This document shows positions 1-10,169 of a stretch of 64,000 nucleotides of DNA, piece after piece. The notes under the pieces were generated by a model. The model had not been told where the DNA came from, made no database searches, and worked only from the letters and a program-made list of their open reading frames with translations. Both the position numbers and the translations under genes were made by a program. Location of the stretch: positions 57,904 to 121,903 of the forward strand of contig CAWGKU010000006.1 in assembly GCA_963823255.1 (NCBI GenBank), written 5' to 3'. The DNA comes from an uncultured Actinomycetes bacterium (GTDB taxonomy: Bacteria > Actinomycetota > UBA4738 > HRBIN12). Numbering within the stretch: the first letter of the stretch is position 1; every line of letters starts with the position of its first letter.

Positions 1-690
1 CCCACGCGCTCGCAGGCCTCGCGCGCGGCCGCCGCCCGGTCCGCGTACGCCTCCGGCGTCCACCGCCAGACCGTGTTCCAGCCGTCAGCGAACCGCGCCG
101 CGAGCCGCAGCAGCCGCGGGCCGCCCTTGCCGCCCACGAGCAGCGGCGGCCGCGGCTCCTGCACCGGCCGCGGTTGGTTGTGGGCCTCGCGCAGCGCGAA
201 CCGACGCCCCTCGAACGACGCCGGCTCGTCCCCGAACAATGCGTCGAGGTACCCCATCGTCTCCTCGAGCAGCGCGAACCGCTCCCCGACCGAGCCGAAC
301 CCGTAGCCGAACGCCTCGTACTCGTCGGCGAACCAGCCCGCCCCGAGCCCGAGCTCGACGCGACCGTTCGACAGGCGGTCGATCGCCGTCACGGTCTTCG
401 CGACGATCGCGGGGTGGCGGAACGCCCACCGAGAGCACGAGCGTTCCGAGCCGGACCCGTTCCGTCAGCGGCGCCAGCGCCGCGAGCGTCGACAGCGGTT
501 CGAGCGACCCGTACCGCTCGTCGCCGCCGCCGTAGCGGCCGAGCGTCGCGAACAGGTGATCGGACATCCAGACGCTGTCGAACCCGAGCCGCTCGGCGCG
601 CACCGCCACCTCAGCCAGCGCCTCGAACCGGATCGGCGACACCCCGGGGATCGAGAAGTCGTAGTGCGGGAGCGCCAGGCCGATCCGCAT
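1..690 (-). CDS. LLM-class (luciferase-like) F420-dependent oxidoreductase; gene continues beyond the window start; apparent frameshift near 420-430
   Basis: N-terminus MRIGLALPHYDFS...FDSVWMSDHLF from ATG 690. After ...RLGTLVLS the track frame turns to junk. Retranslating the minus strand in the adjacent frame gives AFRHPAIVAKTVTAIDRLSNGRVELGLGAGWFADEYEAFGYGF... with no stops to position 1. Confidence 0.6.
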
Positions 691-706
691 CGTCAGGCCC
701 GCACCG

Positions 707-2058
707 CTACAGGTGGTTGAGCACGTCCGCGGGCCCGGCGAGCTCGGTGCCGGCGGGGACGCTGATCCCGAACGGGAGCCGCAGCCGCGGGTAGACGGCC
801 ACGTCGTCCGCCAGATGCACACCGGGGTAGACGATGACCTCGTCACCGAGCGCCACGAAGCGCTCGATCGACGTGGGGTTGAAGGGTTCGGACCGGACCT
901 CCGACATGGAGCCGACGACCGCCTCGAACAGGCGGGCGGAGGGACCGATCACCGCCCCGTCGCGGATCTGCGAACGCTCGATCGACGCGTCGCGCTGCAC
1001 CTCGATGTCGTCGTCGAGGTTCGACTCGCGGATCCGGACGCCGGGGTGGATCTCGCAGAACCTGCCGATCCGAACCGCCGGACCGATCTGCACGGCACCG
1101 CTCGCGATCTTCTCGGCCAGCGTCGTGCCGCTCGTCGAGTCGCGCATCGCGAGCGATTCCGGCGCGATCCAGACGTTGCGCTCGGCGTCGAACGGCGGCC
1201 CCAGGAGCCGGTCGACCGCCTTGAACTCCCCCCGGAGCACGTCGATCATCGTCTCGAGGAAGTCCCGCACGTTCCCCAGATCGCCGATCCGGCGCACCGG
1301 GAACGCGTAGACCGGGTACCCGTTGCCGACGAGCCAGGGCAACAGGTCCTTGCCGAAGTCGAGCCGCGTCGCGCGGAGCCGTTCGATCTCCGCGTTGCCG
1401 GTCAGGCCTCTGATCACCTCGGTGTCCAGCAGATAGAACCCCGCGTTGGTCATCAGCGGCAGCTGTCGGAAGTCGTCGTCGGTCTCCGCGTGGAAGTGTT
1501 CACGCAGCTCGCCCAGCGTGGGCTTCTCGACGAACTCGGTGACGCGACCGTCGCCGTCGGTGAGCATGACGCCGTACTTCTCCGCCACCTCGTCCGGCTC
1601 CCGCATCATCGCCGCGATCGTGGCCACGGCGCCGCGACCGATATGCGTCTCCACCATCGGCGCGAGGTCGAAGTCGATCACGGAATCGGTCGGGAACACC
1701 AGCGCGGGCTGCGAGATGTCCCAGTACTCCATCAGCCGGAGCGCCGAGTCGGCGCTGCCGGTCGACAGGGCGTCGTACTTGACCGGCGAGTACTTGACGT
1801 CGACGCCGAACCCTTCCCCGTACCCGATCATCACCTTGATCTGGTAGCGGTTCTCCTTCCCGTGCGCGATGACGTAGTAGTCCTTGATGCCCTCGCTCGA
1901 CAGGATCGTCATCACCCAACGGATCAGACGGCGTCCCAGGAACGACATCGCCGCCTTCGAACGCAGGTACCCGGGGGCCTTCAGCGTCAGCGGGCGGGCG
2001 CGCATCCCCTGCCCACCCGCGAGGCCGATCCCGACGACGTCGGACACCTCGGGCATGT
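707..2058 (-). CDS. sugar-phosphate nucleotidyltransferase (NTP-transferase domain plus C-terminal left-handed beta-helix)
   Basis: GIGLAGGQGMRARPLT nucleotidyltransferase signature, about 450 aa. ATG at 2058 follows a TATCAT -10-like box; the upstream part of the track ORF is off-gene. Confidence 0.65.
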
Positions 2059-2114
2059 GCGGCCATGATAGGAGGGTTCCGTTGCCCGCACACCCGAGAC
2101 GAAGGAGCCGAGAC

Positions 2115-3137
2115 GTGCAACCGTGGAGCCGCGAGTTCACCGGCAGGATCGACGAGCTGCAGATCGAGAGCGAGGCCCTGCGGGGCAACGCGCTGGGCGA
2201 CCCGAACGACCGGCCGCTGTGGGTCTACGTGCCGCCCGGGTACGACGACGACCCCGATCGCCGGTTCCCCTGCGTGTACGTGATCCAGGGTCTGACCGGC
2301 CAGCTCGACATGTGGGGGAACCGGGAGGCGTTCCGCCCCACCTACCCGGAGAACGTCGATGCGTTGTTCGCGTCGGGCGAGGCGCCGCCGACGCTGGTCG
2401 CGTTCGTCGACTGCTGGACCTCGCTCGGCGGTAGCCAGTTCCTCAACTCGCCGGCGACCGGGCGCTACCAGGACTTCCTGTGCGACGAGGTGGTGGCGTT
2501 CGTGGACGCCCGGTACCGGACGATCCCCGACCGCGACCACCGCGGCATCCAGGGCAAGTCGAGCGGAGGCTACGGCGCGCTGGTGACGCCGATGCTGCGA
2601 CCCGACGTGTTCTCGGCCCTGGCGTCGCACGCCGGCGATGCCTTGTTCGAGGCCTGCTACCTCCCCGAGTTCCGCGAGACGGTTCGGACGCTCCGCGACA
2701 CGTACGAGGGTTCGTACGACCGCTTCTGGGAGGACTTCCGGTCGCGGCCGGCCATGACGAAGAAGGAGGACGGCGTACTCCTCAACAGCTGGTGCATGGC
2801 CGCGTGCTACTCCGCCGACGAGGACGGGACCGTCCGGCTGCCGTTCGACGTCGCCACGGGCAGGCTGATCGACGACGTGTGGCAGCGGTGGCTGGACAAG
2901 GACCCCGTCAGGATGATCCCGAAGCACGCGGACGAGCTGCGCTCGATGCGCGCGATCTGGGTGGACGGCGGCATCCACGACGAGTGGTTCCTGGACAACG
3001 GCGCGGTCGCGGTCTCGAAGGAGCTCGAGGCGATCGGGGTGGAGCACACGCTGGAGCTGTTCGACGCCGGACACATGGGGATCGGCTACCGCTACCCGCG
3101 GTCGCTCGCGTTCCTGGCGACGGCGCTCGCCGAGTGA
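2115..3137 (+). CDS. putative esterase (esterase-D / enterochelin-esterase-like alpha/beta fold)
   Basis: GTG 2115 sits 8 nt after GAAGGAG. Body has DPDRRFPCVYVIQGLTGQ...GKSSGGYGAL with a GxSxG nucleophile elbow. Confidence 0.6.
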   Translation: MQPWSREFTGRIDELQIESEALRGNALGDPNDRPLWVYVPPGYDDDPDRRFPCVYVIQGLTGQLDMWGNREAFRPTYPENVDALFASGEAPPTLVAFVDCWTSLGGSQFLNSPATGRYQDFLCDEVVAFVDARYRTIPDRDHRGIQGKSSGGYGALVTPMLRPDVFSALASHAGDALFEACYLPEFRETVRTLRDTYEGSYDRFWEDFRSRPAMTKKEDGVLLNSWCMAACYSADEDGTVRLPFDVATGRLIDDVWQRWLDKDPVRMIPKHADELRSMRAIWVDGGIHDEWFLDNGAVAVSKELEAIGVEHTLELFDAGHMGIGYRYPRSLAFLATALAE

Positions 3138-3193
3138 ACCGGTCCCGTGTGGGAGGATGGGAGAACCATCTCCCGCGCAGGAAGGAACCCCCG

Positions 3194-4192
3194 ATGAGCC
3201 AGGCCGCACCCCCGCTGGTCCCGATGCCCGCTCCGCCGGCCGAGCCCGAACCGGAGCCACCCAAGCGCCGCCGAGGCGTGATCGCCGCGGCGATCGCCGT
3301 CGTGCTGATCATCGTCGCCGGCCTGGCCGCGTTCGCGATCACCCGCAGCGACACGGCGGAGGCGCAGCCACTCGCGTTGTCGTTCACGAAGGGCGAGGAG
3401 AAGACCTACGACGTCCACCAGACGATGGACGCGAAGGTCTCCTCGCCGCTGTTCGGCGACGAGCCCTTGACGATGGACGTCTCGCAGGTGGTCGGCTGGA
3501 AGGTGGTCTCGGTGGACGACGCCGGGACCGCCACGATCGAGGTCACGGTCTCGGACATGAGCGGGACGCTGAACGGGAGCGAGGTGCCATCCACGCCGGC
3601 CCCCCCGGTCGAGATCCAGATCGCGTCCGACGGCCGGGTGCTCTCCGCAGGCGGCCTGTCGCTCGGCGGCGCGGCCGAGACCCAGGGGTTCGGGTTCCCC
3701 GGCATGGGGCAGCTCACGCCGATCCTGCCGGACGACGGCGACGCGGTCTCGGTGGGTGACACGTGGGACAAGGAGTTCTCGCAGGACTTCCCCTTCGGCG
3801 ACGGGACGATCGACTTCTCGGCCACGAGCACGTACGTCCGCAACGAGACCGTGAACGGCCGCGAGGCCGCCGTGATCCAGACGCAGATGACCGTGCCGAT
3901 CGACGTGACGCTGGACCTCGCCAAGCTCCTCGACGCGCTCGGCCCCGAGATCACGGGCGCGACGGGCGCCTCCGGGCTCGACGCGCTGGGCGGGGGCTCG
4001 ATCGCCTACGTTGGGCAGGGCACGTTCACCCAGACCAGCTTCGTCGACCTCGCGGCCTCCGAGATGCTGAAGACGCAGAGCGACGGCGACTTCGACATCT
4101 CGATGCGCTTCGAGGGGATCCCGGGCCTGGCCGACGCGCCGGTGGAGATGAGCTTCACGGGCTCGTTCAGCCAGGGACTCGAGCTCCGCTGA
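3194..4192 (+). CDS. hypothetical membrane-anchored protein (Pro-rich N-terminus, one TM helix, ~280 aa extracytoplasmic domain)
   Basis: ATG 3194 after GGAAGGAAC; TM helix VIAAAIAVVLIIVAGLAAFAI; no recognisable domain. Confidence 0.45.
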   Translation: MSQAAPPLVPMPAPPAEPEPEPPKRRRGVIAAAIAVVLIIVAGLAAFAITRSDTAEAQPLALSFTKGEEKTYDVHQTMDAKVSSPLFGDEPLTMDVSQVVGWKVVSVDDAGTATIEVTVSDMSGTLNGSEVPSTPAPPVEIQIASDGRVLSAGGLSLGGAAETQGFGFPGMGQLTPILPDDGDAVSVGDTWDKEFSQDFPFGDGTIDFSATSTYVRNETVNGREAAVIQTQMTVPIDVTLDLAKLLDALGPEITGATGASGLDALGGGSIAYVGQGTFTQTSFVDLAASEMLKTQSDGDFDISMRFEGIPGLADAPVEMSFTGSFSQGLELR

Positions 4193-4202
4193 TCGCGGGC
4201 GG

Positions 4203-4976
4203 CTAGCTCGACTGGTCGACCGTGCCGGTGAGGACCGGCCGGCCGGCCGGGTCCACCACGTTGACGGTGGTGAAGCCGCCGAGCCCCTGCGTCCGGAACT
4301 GGTGGTAGACCTCGGCGCCGCCGTTCGCGTCGAGCGCGTCGATGCGCCCGGCACGCAGGACCCTGCCCCGGTCGTTCACGAGCTGCACGCGCAGCGGCAG
4401 CACGGACGGGTCGTCGAGCCCGTTCACGATCACCATCACGAAGTCCAAGATCCGCGGCGACACGAGCTGCAGGGCGAACCCACCGCCCGTCCCCGCGGCG
4501 ACCGGGGCGAGCTGTCCGATGTGCGTCTCGTTGTCGGGCAGGGACCCCCCCGGGATCACGTTGCCGAGCACCTGCTGGAAGTGCTCGATCGCGATCGCCT
4601 GCTCGCGTTGGGCTTGCGCGGCCCGGTCGGCGAACCGTTCGGCGCGGCCCGCCATCACGGCGCCCCAGCCCAGGCTCCCGAACACGAGCGCGGCGGCGAC
4701 CAGGGCGACCGTCGCCGTCCGGGCTCGGCGCCGGGTGCCGGGCGGCGCGCCGGCCGCGCGTCGAACCCGCGCGACGACCCGATCGCCCAAGCCTTCGGGC
4801 ACCGGGACCGGCGCGAGCGCGAACGCCAGCGTCGAGGCCGCCTGCCCCAGGTCTCCCGCCTCCTTGCGGCATCCTGCGCACGTTTGCAGGTGGCGCTGGA
4901 TGCGCTCGTGCTCGAGCTCGCCGAGCACGCCGATCGCGTGTTCGGGCAGGAGCTCGCGCACCTCGAGACAGGTCAC
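4203..4976 (-). CDS. ZAS-family (HxxxCxxC) anti-sigma factor with a TM helix and C-terminal extracytoplasmic domain
   Basis: GTG start overlaps the sigma stop by GTGA. Motif HLQTCAGC; TM helix TATVALVAAALVFGSLGWGAVMAG. Confidence 0.6.
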   Translation of the reverse strand: MTCLEVRELLPEHAIGVLGELEHERIQRHLQTCAGCRKEAGDLGQAASTLAFALAPVPVPEGLGDRVVARVRRAAGAPPGTRRRARTATVALVAAALVFGSLGWGAVMAGRAERFADRAAQAQREQAIAIEHFQQVLGNVIPGGSLPDNETHIGQLAPVAAGTGGGFALQLVSPRILDFVMVIVNGLDDPSVLPLRVQLVNDRGRVLRAGRIDALDANGGAEVYHQFRTQGLGGFTTVNVVDPAGRPVLTGTVDQSS

Positions 4977-5545
4977 GGCCGCTCCTTGTCCTGGTTCGCA
5001 CGCCGGACCTTGATGAGCGCCGTCCGCAGACGCGTCTTGACCGTGCCGAGCGGGATCCCGTCCGCCTCGGCGATCTCGCGCGCCGTGAGGCCGCCGAAGT
5101 ACGCGCGCGCGAGGAGCCGCTTCTCGGCGTCCGAGAGCGACTCGAGGGCGCGGATCGCCGCGTCGCGTTCGATCAGCGGCTCCTCCTCGTCCACCCACTC
5201 GAGCTCGGGGACCTCGTCGACCAGGACCAGGTGCGGGCGGGTGACGCCGGTCTCGCGCCGCAGCCGGTCGACCGCGAGGTTGTGGGCGATCGTCATGAGC
5301 CACGTCGACAGGCGCCCGCGAGCGGGGTCGAAACGCGCGGCCTTGCGCCACGCCGCGAGGAAGACGTCCTGCGTCAACTCCTCGGCCGCCTCCGCGCTCC
5401 CGAGCAGCCGCAGCCCGAGCGTGAAGATCGGACGTCCGTACCGCGCGTAGAGCGCACGCACCGCGTCCTCGTTCCCCCCAAGGAGTCCCTCCACGAGTTG
5501 TTGCTCCTCACGGGCGAGGAGCGGACCGTCGGGCCGAGTGCTCAC
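4973..5545 (-). CDS. ECF (sigma-70 region 2/4) RNA polymerase sigma factor
   Basis: Regions DVFLAAWRKAARFDP and LTAREIAEADGIPLGTVKTRL. GTG 5545 follows GGAAGGAG. Confidence 0.75.
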   Translation of the reverse strand: MSTRPDGPLLAREEQQLVEGLLGGNEDAVRALYARYGRPIFTLGLRLLGSAEAAEELTQDVFLAAWRKAARFDPARGRLSTWLMTIAHNLAVDRLRRETGVTRPHLVLVDEVPELEWVDEEEPLIERDAAIRALESLSDAEKRLLARAYFGGLTAREIAEADGIPLGTVKTRLRTALIKVRRANQDKERP

Positions 5546-5734
5546 CCGAACTCCTTCCAGGTATACGCCCGCCGCACCGTCGCGAGCTTGACGGTGGGTC
5601 TTCGTCATCATGCCATGCGAGGTGGCATTCGACGCCGGGTGGCCCTCGGCTCGTTCGGGCCGACCGAGCTGGTCCCCCGTCGGACCTACGTCACCATCCG
5701 TCCGCGCCGGTGCGATGATGAAGGCGGTGACGTG

Positions 5735-7072
5735 ATGATCCTCCGACGCGCAGCGGCGCTCGCCTGCCTGGCGGCGGCGTGCCTATCGCTCGGAGCCCAC
5801 GGCGCGCTCGCCCAGTCCGCCTCCCCCCAGGTCGTCGAGCTGCGGATCGACGGCGTCGTCGACCCCTTCGTGGCCGACCACGTGGAGGGCGGCATCGCCG
5901 ACGCCGCCGACGCGGGCGCCGCGGCCGTGCTGCTGACGATCGATACGCCCGGTGGGCTCGACTCGTCGATGCGGCAGATCACACAGGCGATCTTGAACGC
6001 GAAGGTCCCGGTGATCGGGTACGTCTCGCCGTCGGGGGCCCGAGCGGCCTCCGCCGGCACGTTCATCCTGCTGTCGACCAACGTCGCGGCGATGGCGCCG
6101 GCCACCAACGTCGGTGCGGCGCAGCCGGTCGGGCTGTCCGGCGCCGTCGCCTCCGAGAAGGCCGTGAACGACGCGGCGGAGTACATGGTGAGCATCGCCG
6201 AGACTCGAGACAGGAACGCCGTCTGGGCGGAATCGGCGGTCCGGGATGCCGAGAGCGCCTCGGCCGAGGAGGCGCTGCAGCTCGGGGTGATCGACCTGAT
6301 CGCCCCGGACGTGCCAACGCTCCTCGCGGACGTGAACGGGATGACCGTCCAGGTATCGGGCGAGCCCGTCACGCTCGACGTGGCGGGCGCCACCGTGACC
6401 GAGGACACGATGGGCTTCTTCGCCAACTTCTTCCACTCGCTCCTGGACCCCAACCTCGCCTTCGTATTCTTCTGGCTCGGCCTGGCGTTCATCGTGGCCG
6501 AGTTCTTCATCCCCGGCGGGATCGTCGGGACGCTCGGCGTCCTGATGTTCGTCGCCTCGCTGGTCGCGCTCGGGATGCTGCCGGTCCAGATCATCGGTGT
6601 GGTCCTGCTCGTCGCCTCGGTCGTGTTCTTCGTGCTCGAGCTGTTGCATCCGGGCGTCGGCCTGCCGGCGATCGCGGGCGTCGTGTGCCTGGTGCTCGGC
6701 GGGCTCTACCTGTTCGACACGTCGGTGCCGGGCGTCGCGGTCTCGCCGTTCGTGATCGTCCCGGTCGCGGTCTTCGCCGCCCTGTTCTTCCTGATCGTGG
6801 TCCGCGCCGCGATGCGGCTACGCCATCGGGGCTCGACCACGCGGGACCAGGAGCTCGTCGGGCTCGAGGGCGTCGTGCTGAGCGACCTCAACCCCAAGGG
6901 GGTCGTCCAGGTCGCCTCGGAGAACTGGACGGCGGAGTCCGTCCGCGGCACCCCCCGCAAGGGCGCCCACGTCCGGGTCGTCGAGATGGAAGGATTGAAG
7001 CTCAAGGTCGAACCCACGGAGGCGCCGGCCACGGCGTCGACCGAAGGGCAACGAGGAGGGAGCCAACCGTGA
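5735..7072 (+). CDS. NfeD-family membrane-bound serine protease (ClpP-like N-domain, TM segments, C-terminal OB-fold)
   Basis: Signal peptide, VLLTIDTPGGLDSSMRQI, C-terminal TM cluster and a beta-rich tail. Stop overlaps the next gene start. Confidence 0.7.
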   Translation: MILRRAAALACLAAACLSLGAHGALAQSASPQVVELRIDGVVDPFVADHVEGGIADAADAGAAAVLLTIDTPGGLDSSMRQITQAILNAKVPVIGYVSPSGARAASAGTFILLSTNVAAMAPATNVGAAQPVGLSGAVASEKAVNDAAEYMVSIAETRDRNAVWAESAVRDAESASAEEALQLGVIDLIAPDVPTLLADVNGMTVQVSGEPVTLDVAGATVTEDTMGFFANFFHSLLDPNLAFVFFWLGLAFIVAEFFIPGGIVGTLGVLMFVASLVALGMLPVQIIGVVLLVASVVFFVLELLHPGVGLPAIAGVVCLVLGGLYLFDTSVPGVAVSPFVIVPVAVFAALFFLIVVRAAMRLRHRGSTTRDQELVGLEGVVLSDLNPKGVVQVASENWTAESVRGTPRKGAHVRVVEMEGLKLKVEPTEAPATASTEGQRGGSQP

Positions 7073-7951
7073 TCCCCTTGGCGATCGGCGTCGGGGTCGT
7101 CCTGCTGCTGCTCATCCTGATCGTCCCCTTAGGCGATCAAGATCGTCCGCGAGTACCAGCGGCTGATGGTGTTCCGTCTGGGGCGCGCGATCGGCGCGAA
7201 GGGACCCGGGCTCGTCCTGCTGATCCCGTTCGTGGACAAGGGCGTCTGGGTCGACCTCCGCGAGCTCTACCTGGAGATCCCGCACCAGGCCGCGATCACC
7301 GAGGACAACGCGACGATCTCGATCGACTTCATCGTCTTCTACCGGGTCGTGGACGCTCGGATGTCGGTGATCGAGGTGGGCAACTTCGCCGGCGCTGCCC
7401 AGAACATCGCCGCCACGACGCTGCGATCGGTGGTCGGCGACATGTCGCTGGACGACGTCCTGGCCAAGCGCGAGGCGATGAACGAGATCCTGCGCAACAA
7501 GCTCGACGAGGTGACCGAGCGCTGGGGCGTCAAGGTCACCAACGTCGAGATCCGCGAGATCATCCCGCCGCCGCAGGTCCAGGACGCGATGACGCGTCAG
7601 ATGTCGGCGGAGCGCACCCGTCGCGCCGTCGTGACCGAGGCCGAGGGGGCCAAGCAGGCCGCGATCACCGTGGCCGAAGGCAACAAGCAGTCGGCGATCC
7701 TGAACGCCGAGGGCGACCGCCAGGCGGCGATCCTGCGCGCCGAGGGGTTCTCGCTCGCGCTGACGAGGATCTTCGAATCGGCGCGGGGCGTCGATTCGAA
7801 GACGATGAGCCTGCAGTACCTGGAGACCCTCAAGCAGATCGGTCAGTCGCCCTCGACGAAGTTCGTGATCCCGATGGAGTTCACGAACCTGCTCTCGGGG
7901 ATCACGGACTACGCCGAGCAGACGTTCGGCAACGGGAAGGCCGGCGCGTAG
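7069..7951 (+). CDS. SPFH/band-7 (stomatin-like) protein; apparent frameshift near 7130
   Basis: GTG 7069 gives the TM segment VIPLAIGVGVVLLLLILIVP, then the frame changes to IKIVREYQRLMVFRLGRAIGAKGPGLVLLIPFVDK..., the SPFH core. A TAG at 7130 in the downstream frame blocks simple read-through. Confidence 0.65.
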
Positions 7952-7997
7952 CGGCGCCATCCGCGGAACCGGCGGCATCCCCCCGGTGTAGAGCGGG

Positions 7998-8573
7998 ATG
8001 ACCGACCGAGTGGAGGGCCGTCCACTGGAGGACGTCGAGCTCGCACGGCTCGCGCGCGACGGTGACGTTCAGGCCTACGGCGAGCTCGTGGAGCGATACC
8101 GGGAGGTGGCGTTCCGCACCGCATGGCTGATCACGCGCAGCTCCGCCGAGGCCGAGGACGCGGCACAGGAGGCCTTCGTGAAGGCCTTCTACGCGCTCGA
8201 CCGCTTCCGGGCCGGCGAGGCGTTCCGCCCGTGGGTCCTCCGGATCGTGTCGAACGAGGCGAAGAACCGGCGGCGGTCGGTGGGCCGGCGCGAGCGGCTC
8301 ACCGTGCGACTCGCGCAGGACCGCGGCTCGGGGGGCGCGGCCCCGTCCCCCGAGGCCGCGGCCCTGGGGCGCGAGGAACGCGAGGCGTTGCTCGGGGCGC
8401 TCGAACATCTCTCCGAGCCAGAGCGGCTGGTCGTGACCTACCGGTACCTGCTCGAGCTCTCGGAGGCCGAGACGGCCCGGGCCCTGGCGATCCGCCCGGG
8501 GACCGTGAAGTCGCGGCTGTCGCGAGGCCTGAGCAAGCTGCGCGATCGGTTGGAGGGGTCACGGGATGGGTGA
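7998..8573 (+). CDS. ECF sigma factor
   Basis: Region 2 EAEDAAQEAFVKAFYALDRFR and region 4 LSEAETARALAIRPGTVKSRL. Confidence 0.75.
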   Translation: MTDRVEGRPLEDVELARLARDGDVQAYGELVERYREVAFRTAWLITRSSAEAEDAAQEAFVKAFYALDRFRAGEAFRPWVLRIVSNEAKNRRRSVGRRERLTVRLAQDRGSGGAAPSPEAAALGREEREALLGALEHLSEPERLVVTYRYLLELSEAETARALAIRPGTVKSRLSRGLSKLRDRLEGSRDG

Positions 8574-9333
8574 GCGACGGATGACCAACGAGCAGGTGGC
8601 GGCGGCGCTGACGGCGCTCGGGCCCGAGCTCGCGTTCCCCCCGACCCCGTCGCTGCGGGGCGCCGTCCTCGCGCGGCTCGAGACCGAGCGCGCGACCGGC
8701 ACCCGCCCGGTGCTCCCGCGGCGCGCGCTGTGGAGCCGCCGGCGGGTGCTCGTGCTCGCGACGGTCGGCCTGCTCGCGGCGCTCGCGCTCGCCGCCGCGG
8801 CCCGGTTCGCGATCGGCTCGATCGAGATCCGCGTCCAGCCCGGCGTCACACCCTCGGCCACGCTGCCGCCGGTGACGCCCGGCGCACTCGGCGAGCCGGT
8901 GCCGGCGGAGGAGGCCGTCGCGCTCGCGGGGTTCGAGCCGTCCCTGCCCTCGGGACCGCCACCCGACGAGGTGTACGTCGTCGACAGCCCGTTCGGCGAC
9001 CCGGGGCTCGTGTACGCCTGGCGGCCGAGCGCGACCTACCCGGCCCTGCCGGGGACCGAGTGGGGGCTCGTCCTGATCGCGTTCCAGGGCGACGACGAGA
9101 CCGTGGTCAAGAGCGTCCAGGCGTTCGAGGACGTGCATGCTGCCTCGGTGGACGGTGCCACAGCAGTGTGGATCCCGGTTCCTCACGTGCTCATGATCGA
9201 GACGGAGCGCGGCACGGAGACCTTCTCGGTCCGAGGCAACGTCCTGATCTGGGAGGTGGACGGCATCACCTACCGGCTCGAGACCTCGCTCGACCGGGCG
9301 TCGGCGCTCGAGGTCGCCCGATCGATCGCCTGA
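8566..9333 (+). CDS. putative anti-sigma factor / membrane protein cognate to the upstream ECF sigma
   Basis: Start overlaps the sigma stop. About 55 aa cytoplasmic N-terminus, one TM helix (VLVLATVGLLAALALAAAA), then a 175-aa external domain. Confidence 0.45.
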   Translation: MGERRMTNEQVAAALTALGPELAFPPTPSLRGAVLARLETERATGTRPVLPRRALWSRRRVLVLATVGLLAALALAAAARFAIGSIEIRVQPGVTPSATLPPVTPGALGEPVPAEEAVALAGFEPSLPSGPPPDEVYVVDSPFGDPGLVYAWRPSATYPALPGTEWGLVLIAFQGDDETVVKSVQAFEDVHAASVDGATAVWIPVPHVLMIETERGTETFSVRGNVLIWEVDGITYRLETSLDRASALEVARSIA

Positions 9334-9408
9334 GGACGCCGTCGAGCGGAACCGGACCGCGCATCCGCGGTGTAGACGGTTCCGAGACCTTCGCGAGAGG
9401 AGATGCCC

Positions 9409-9969
9409 ATGGCTCGCCGCAGCGCGATCGTGATCGCCGCCGCGTTCCTCACCGTCCTGATCGTCCCCGCGATCCCCGCCGCCGCCGGCGGCGGCTGCCA
9501 CACCGGCGCGACGCAGGGCAAGGGAGACACCGTCGAGCTCGTCGACGCCTGCCCGACACCCACGATCCTGACGATCGACACCGGCGGCACGGTGACCTTC
9601 GTGAACGAGGATCCGTTCGCGCACAACGTCATCGGTAGTTCTTGGGGTCATCCCGAGGATCTCAACCAGGATGAGGCCTTCACGGCGAGGTTCGCCGAGC
9701 CCGGCGTCTATCCCTGGGCATGCTGGTACCACCCCGGGATGACGGGTGCGATCGTCGTGGGCGACGGGACCGGCGTCGGGAACGGGGCGGCCGTGGACGT
9801 CTCCTCGTTCTCGCAGCCCGAACCCTCGCCGGTGGTCGAGGTCCGTACCGTCACGCCGGCGAGCTCCGCGCCCGCCGTTGCGGGATGGGTGATCGGACCC
9901 CTGCTCGGCATCGGGATCGGCCTGGGGATCGCCGCGCTGATCCGCCGGCGGCCCCGCCCGGCCGCCTGA
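9409..9969 (+). CDS. cupredoxin (type-1 blue copper) protein with C-terminal TM anchor
   Basis: Ligand pattern FAHNV...ACWYHPGMTGAIVV (His, Cys, His, Met). GAGAGGAG lies 6 nt before the ATG. C-terminal helix GWVIGPLLGIGIGLGIAALI. Confidence 0.6.
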   Translation: MARRSAIVIAAAFLTVLIVPAIPAAAGGGCHTGATQGKGDTVELVDACPTPTILTIDTGGTVTFVNEDPFAHNVIGSSWGHPEDLNQDEAFTARFAEPGVYPWACWYHPGMTGAIVVGDGTGVGNGAAVDVSSFSQPEPSPVVEVRTVTPASSAPAVAGWVIGPLLGIGIGLGIAALIRRRPRPAA

Positions 9970-10169
9970 GGGGGTTCGCTCGGCAGCTCGATCCTGGCCT
10001 GTTGGAGCTGCAGCGTGAAGTCGTGGGGGTTGGAGGATGCGTTCAGCGCGGCCTCGACCGTGACCTTCTCGTCCTTGACCAGCTGGACCTCCTGAAGGTG
10101 GGCGGGCATAGTCCTTTCGGACTATCGGTCGGTGTCGGCCGGTGTCGGCCGTCCCCTGAGCCCTTGGGC

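Noticed and set aside
1500-3260. 586-aa minus-strand ORF (also 713..2068 + and 2480..4192 N-terminal extension)
   Set aside because: It lies antisense or off-frame to the nucleotidyltransferase and esterase genes. Composition is Arg/Pro/Gly/Ala-rich low complexity typical of GC-rich shadow ORFs, with no domain signature.
5779-8001. 740-aa + ORF and 5686..6594 / 5783..6649 minus ORFs
   Set aside because: Alternative frames of the nfeD/SPFH region, RGR/PGR-rich. Only the short GTG 7069 stretch of this frame (the SPFH TM segment) is real.
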